Positions 59,602-64,000 of a DNA stretch of 64,000 nucleotides are shown piece after piece. Source of the DNA: the human T2T-CHM13v2.0 reference genome, Homo sapiens; NCBI RefSeq assembly GCF_009914755.1, contig NC_060930.1, one strand, 5' to 3'. The stretch's first letter is position 1. The number at the start of each line of letters is the position of its first letter. The position numbers and the translations under genes were made by a program. A model generated the notes under the pieces. It was not told where the DNA came from, searched no databases, and worked only from the letters and a program-made list of their open reading frames with translations.

Positions 59602-62600
59602 TCATGTAGCCTTGGAGACCAGTCAGATATTCTGATCCGGCGGTTTGCATTAAAGGGAAATGATAATTCAAATCAAAACTGCTTCACAAATCAGCCAAAC
59701 TTTAGTCACTTGAGACAGGAGAAAGAGAAAAAGAGAAAGAAAGCAAAAGCAGACATATTCAAGAGTTTCTGAAAATGATGTGGCAAGGTACCAAATGTCT
59801 CAAAGGAAAACCTGAAGTGGTTAGAAAGGCAGGGCCCCAGAATATCTAGATGATGATGACTCAGTGAAGGATTCCTATTGTAGGTGGAGAAGTAGATAAG
59901 GTTTTTCTTAATAGATTCAGAGTATTTTATTTTGGTAGAATTCATAATTAAAGTGTTCCCTTTGCACACTTAACCCTCTTATCTGCTATTAATTAACTTC
60001 ACGGCATGCTATAAGTCTCTAGAGACATTTTCTCAAGAGTTTTGCATTTGGCAGTTAACTGTACACTTTGCATCAGGAAGATTAACTGGCCTCTAATTAG
60101 GGGTAATGAACTTAAGATTCTGAAAACTGGTAGCCAAAAAAGTTGGATGAACTACTGTGGAGGCTCATCCAACTTGTTCTTAAATTGTAGAGTGAGACAG
60201 AGTGAGTGTTATGAAAAATGAACACATGAGTTAACGTGGAACTTTTAGAGTGTTTTCACTGGTTCCCACCACCAAACAGATGATAGATATACAATTGTAA
60301 CTAGGGGTACATACAAACAACCCCAAAAAAGCCAACATGTACTATTCTTGTACCTTTCTGTAAGTGATATTATGTCAAAAGCAAAGTTAAAAAATACAAA
60401 AAAAAAAAATTAAAAGGACAACTTAAATGGAAGAAAACAGATCACGTAATTGGTGACAGCTATGATCTTGGCAGAAACTGTAAAAACTATTACAGAGCCT
60501 GAACTAGAGTCTTCATCTCAATAGGTACAGAAGACTAAGTACTGTCTTTAAACCCTCGCCATCCTTTTTGCCTGTCTCTTTGAAACCCGCTGAACTCAAG
60601 ACTTTTCTCATGAAGAGTTACCTCCTATACACACTGATTGTCCAGACTGTTCTGTCTGTCTAAACAATTGTTTCCCAGCGCTGACAAACAGACTCTTGTT
60701 TTATCACCTGTTCTTTAGTATATTTCTTAAGTGATTCTTTGTCTTCATTACAGTTCTGGACAGGCCAAACACTGGAAAGTACCCCAAGCACATAACCCCA
60801 CAATTCCTTCTGTGTAAACAGCCATACAGGAACAGCTGCCCACAGCAGTGACTGGCACCTGACCCAAGAGCAGCCAATCAATAAACTAGCCAGGAGTCTA
60901 GAGTTGGTCTTGCATAAATCTTTAAATATGGATGACTGTATTTAACTGGGTCTCTCTAGAGGGCATTTGAAACGGAGACAGGAAGGAGAACTCATCTACT
61001 AAGAACAGCTGAATAAGCCTAAAAGACCCACAAACACACACAAAAAAATCAGCAACAGAAAGTACCTGAGTCATAATAACGAAGAGAATAGGTTTGAAGA
61101 TGAATAAACTTCTGATGCTGTGGTGGCGATGAGATAATACAGCTGCTAATATATATACATCTACTTTAAATAAACTCCCTTTCCCCCAAATTATGTTACA
61201 GTAGAACAGTAGTTACGGAGAGTTCAGTAATGTGCTCAGCTAGCAAGTTGTGAAGCTGGAACCGCCATATAGCCCAGACTAGCTCTGGACTCTCTGCCCT
61301 CAATTATTACAGTAATTCTGTCTATGCCCAGTGTATTTTTGCAGTCACTAAAAAAGCGGGGAGCTCTTTTAAAAAAATTTTTTTGTTGGTTGTTTTTTAC
61401 TTTATTTTTTCAATTCCACTGGAGAAGAGGGAGAGCTCTTGATGTTTCCTGAACTTTTTCCATATCTAGCACAGGATGTTCAATGTTTTGTAATAAAATA
61501 TAAAACCATATTTTATGTACATAGTCTACAATAAACCATCCTACAGCTGAATTTGTAGGCCAGCTCATGATCTGCAGCCTGTCATAGGTGGCAAAGGTTA
61601 ACCCTAAAGGTTATCTATTTACTCACTGGATAACTGAATTTTTTATAGAAATTTTTTCTAGTCTAAACCTGAAGGCCTCTATAACCCTAGAGGCAACCTA
61701 CCTGATCTTTAGGCAGCGCTAACCATTAATAAGTCTTCCTTGTACTAATTTTAAATATGCTTCCCTGAACCTTCCAGCCATTGATTCTAAAGGATATGAA
61801 CAAATCTCATTCCATTTCTATATTTGAGCTCTTCAAAATAATTGTAGACAACCACTTCTCCAATTACTTTTCCTATATGTGGTTCAGAAATGAGTAATAT
61901 ACTAAAAATATATAAAATATACAGTAAAAGTCAACATTTAAGAGTTAAATAATATAAGAAAGAATAACTTTAAAAAATGAAATGTTGATTTCTAGGTTCC
62001 CATATGATAATGGCAGCTACTTATAGCCATACTTCAACATATCCTCCAAAGACCTTACGGATAAACAAAGCAAGCAAATAAACCCATAAAACAAAACTCA
62101 TCAAACTAAAAACTAACAAAGAAAGTGGAAGAATACTACAAACTTCAGTTTATATATAAATAGAGAAATAAACACCAGAAACCAGCAAAGCTAACTCTAG
62201 AGCCCTTACTGGAGTGGAAAGATCAGTGGAGACTAAGTGAAAGGAGGAGAAAGTAATGGGGGCCTCATGCTGGAGAACACAGATAAAATGCCAGGAGGAG
62301 GAGAGAATCCCATGTAGAGTGGGGAAATATTGAGAACAGGTTTCAGACCTTGTGAATCAAAGTCATTGACTACTGGAGAATAGACAGAGGGGCCTGAAAG
62401 TTCCGGGGACCAGAGCTGGCAGTCATGGGAAGGATCCCGGAGTAGATAGAGGAGACCGGCAAGGGGCAAGAGTCGCCTGGAGTCTTGGTGATCAGGTGAA
62501 GAAGGAGGCAAGCAGTGGATATTAAACATCCTATAGAAACAAATAAGAACCACAAAACAGACAAATCAACCATCCCCTTATGGAAAACACTATTAAGTAA

Positions 62601-62699
62601 AATGCACTTAACTGAGATTCCTCTGAACTAAAAATTAATATACCATCCAACCTCACCATCACCTTAATAGAATACCTACTAATAATGATTCAGAAAAAC

Positions 62700-64000
62700 A
62701 TAAGACATTTTAAAATGAATGGAAATAACATGCAGCTCCATAAAACTACTACAAGAATAAAAATACTTCCGTTGATAAAACCCTCATCTCCCTACCCTGC
62801 CCCAAAAAAACCCCACAAAGCAAAGGAAATCTGTAACACAGTGCCCTGACTTGAATATCCTTAAGCAAACATTTGCAAATAGGAAAAACCATTCCAAATC
62901 AGAAATTCAAAAATTCACAATATAAAAGCACCAAAAAGCAGAAGATGTATATCCAGAGATGATAAAACTGAAGAAAGAAATGGATGTAAAGGGAGGAAGA
63001 GGAAATACTCTCAGAAATGAACATCTAATTAAGGCAGAAACAGAGAATCGAACACTGCATGTTCTCACTTTTAAGTGGGAGCTAAACAACGGGTAGACAT
63101 GTTCATAAAGATGGAAACAACAAACACTGAGGACTCCAAAACTGGGGAGCAAAGGACATGGACAAGGGTTGAAAAACTACCTCCTGGGGACTGTGTTCAC
63201 TATTTGGGCGATGGGCCCTACCATTATGTAATATACCCATGTAACAAACATGCTCATGTGCCCCATGAATCTTCAAAAAAAAAAAAAAAAAAAGAAATTA
63301 ACATTTGAATCTAAGGTGTCTAAGAAAGGACCGACAGGACTGAAAATATAATAAAGGGTGCTAAGGAGAGGAATAAAAATAGCCAAGAGAATAAAACAAA
63401 ATACAGATGAGCTAAGAAGTTTAAGAAAAAAAAATGGTTGCTGCAGAGCCTAGGAAAAATTCTAACAAATAAATAATTACAGCTTCTGAAAAATAAAAAC
63501 AAAACAAAGAACTGAACTAGAGTGTCAAACAATCATTCAATAAAAATTTCCAGGGATAAAAGAATACATGTCAAAAGCTCACTGATATCTAGAAAAACTG
63601 ACCAGGAATAATCAACTGAGACATAGTCTAGTAAAAATATTATACTTTAAAGATAAAGGAAAAAACCCTCTGGGACTTCAGGCAAAAAAACTAAATCACC
63701 TTTAGAGCAAGTGATATCAGAATGGCATCAGATTTGTCAATAGCAACATAGAAAGCAAGACTTTAGGAAAGAAAGTATAAGCCAAGGTCTTTATATCCAG
63801 CCAAGCTATCTTTCATTTTTCAAGTGTCAATGCTATGAAAAATGATTTGAAACATGGAAAAATTCAAGACAATAATCAGGAGCCCCTCCTAAGGCATCTG
63901 CTAGAGGATGGGCTTCATTCAACCAAGAGATGATGATGATGCCCTGGCCCTCCCAAAAAGACCAATGGTGAAGCACTTCATTTTAGATAGACCAAAGCAA
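62700..64000 (+). mobile_element. Ancient L1 ORF1-like (HAL1/L1M) remnant
   Basis: A-rich ORF1-like segments (gagacatagtctagtaaaa; atcagaatggcatcagattt; ttatatccagccaagctatc). Confidence 0.55.
63027..63292 (+). mobile_element. Short 5'-truncated L1 (L1PB/old L1PA) 3' end
   Basis: catgttctcacttttaagtgggagctaaac...polyA; TSD-like agaaatgaacatct / agaaattaacattt. Confidence 0.75.

Overview
Primate (human-like) genomic DNA covering the 3' end of MCM9 (MCM8/9 helicase subunit; human 6q22.31 by my recognition of the protein) on the minus strand, plus about 29 kb of downstream intergenic DNA. The last five coding exons are 45054-44852, 43934-43731, 42668-42586, 42096-41951 and 32115-30645. They splice with canonical AG/GT sites and consistent phases into residues ~442-1143 (sensor-1, Arg finger, sensor-2 and the long C-terminal extension). 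The 3'UTR probably ends near 29275, and the next upstream exon lies beyond base 64000. The rest is mostly interspersed repeats: an internally deleted L1PA4-like element, two long gene-sense L1s (PA8-like and PA7-like) bracketing four exons, about 25 Alus, nested MaLR LTRs, an MLT2A solo LTR, Tigger/MER elements, L2/MIR and microsatellites. Most entries in the ORF track are repeat-derived. I found no wholly new gene system. The best leads are: (1) a candidate intronic-polyadenylation isoform behind a weak donor; (2) apparent gene conversion between the two intronic L1s, whose recombination would delete four exons in frame; (3) an L1 ORF0 extended to 203 codons into flanking DNA; (4) a four-monomer AluY; (5) a dual-frame start of the last exon. 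Repeat subfamily calls and literature recollections are from memory, not from database searches.
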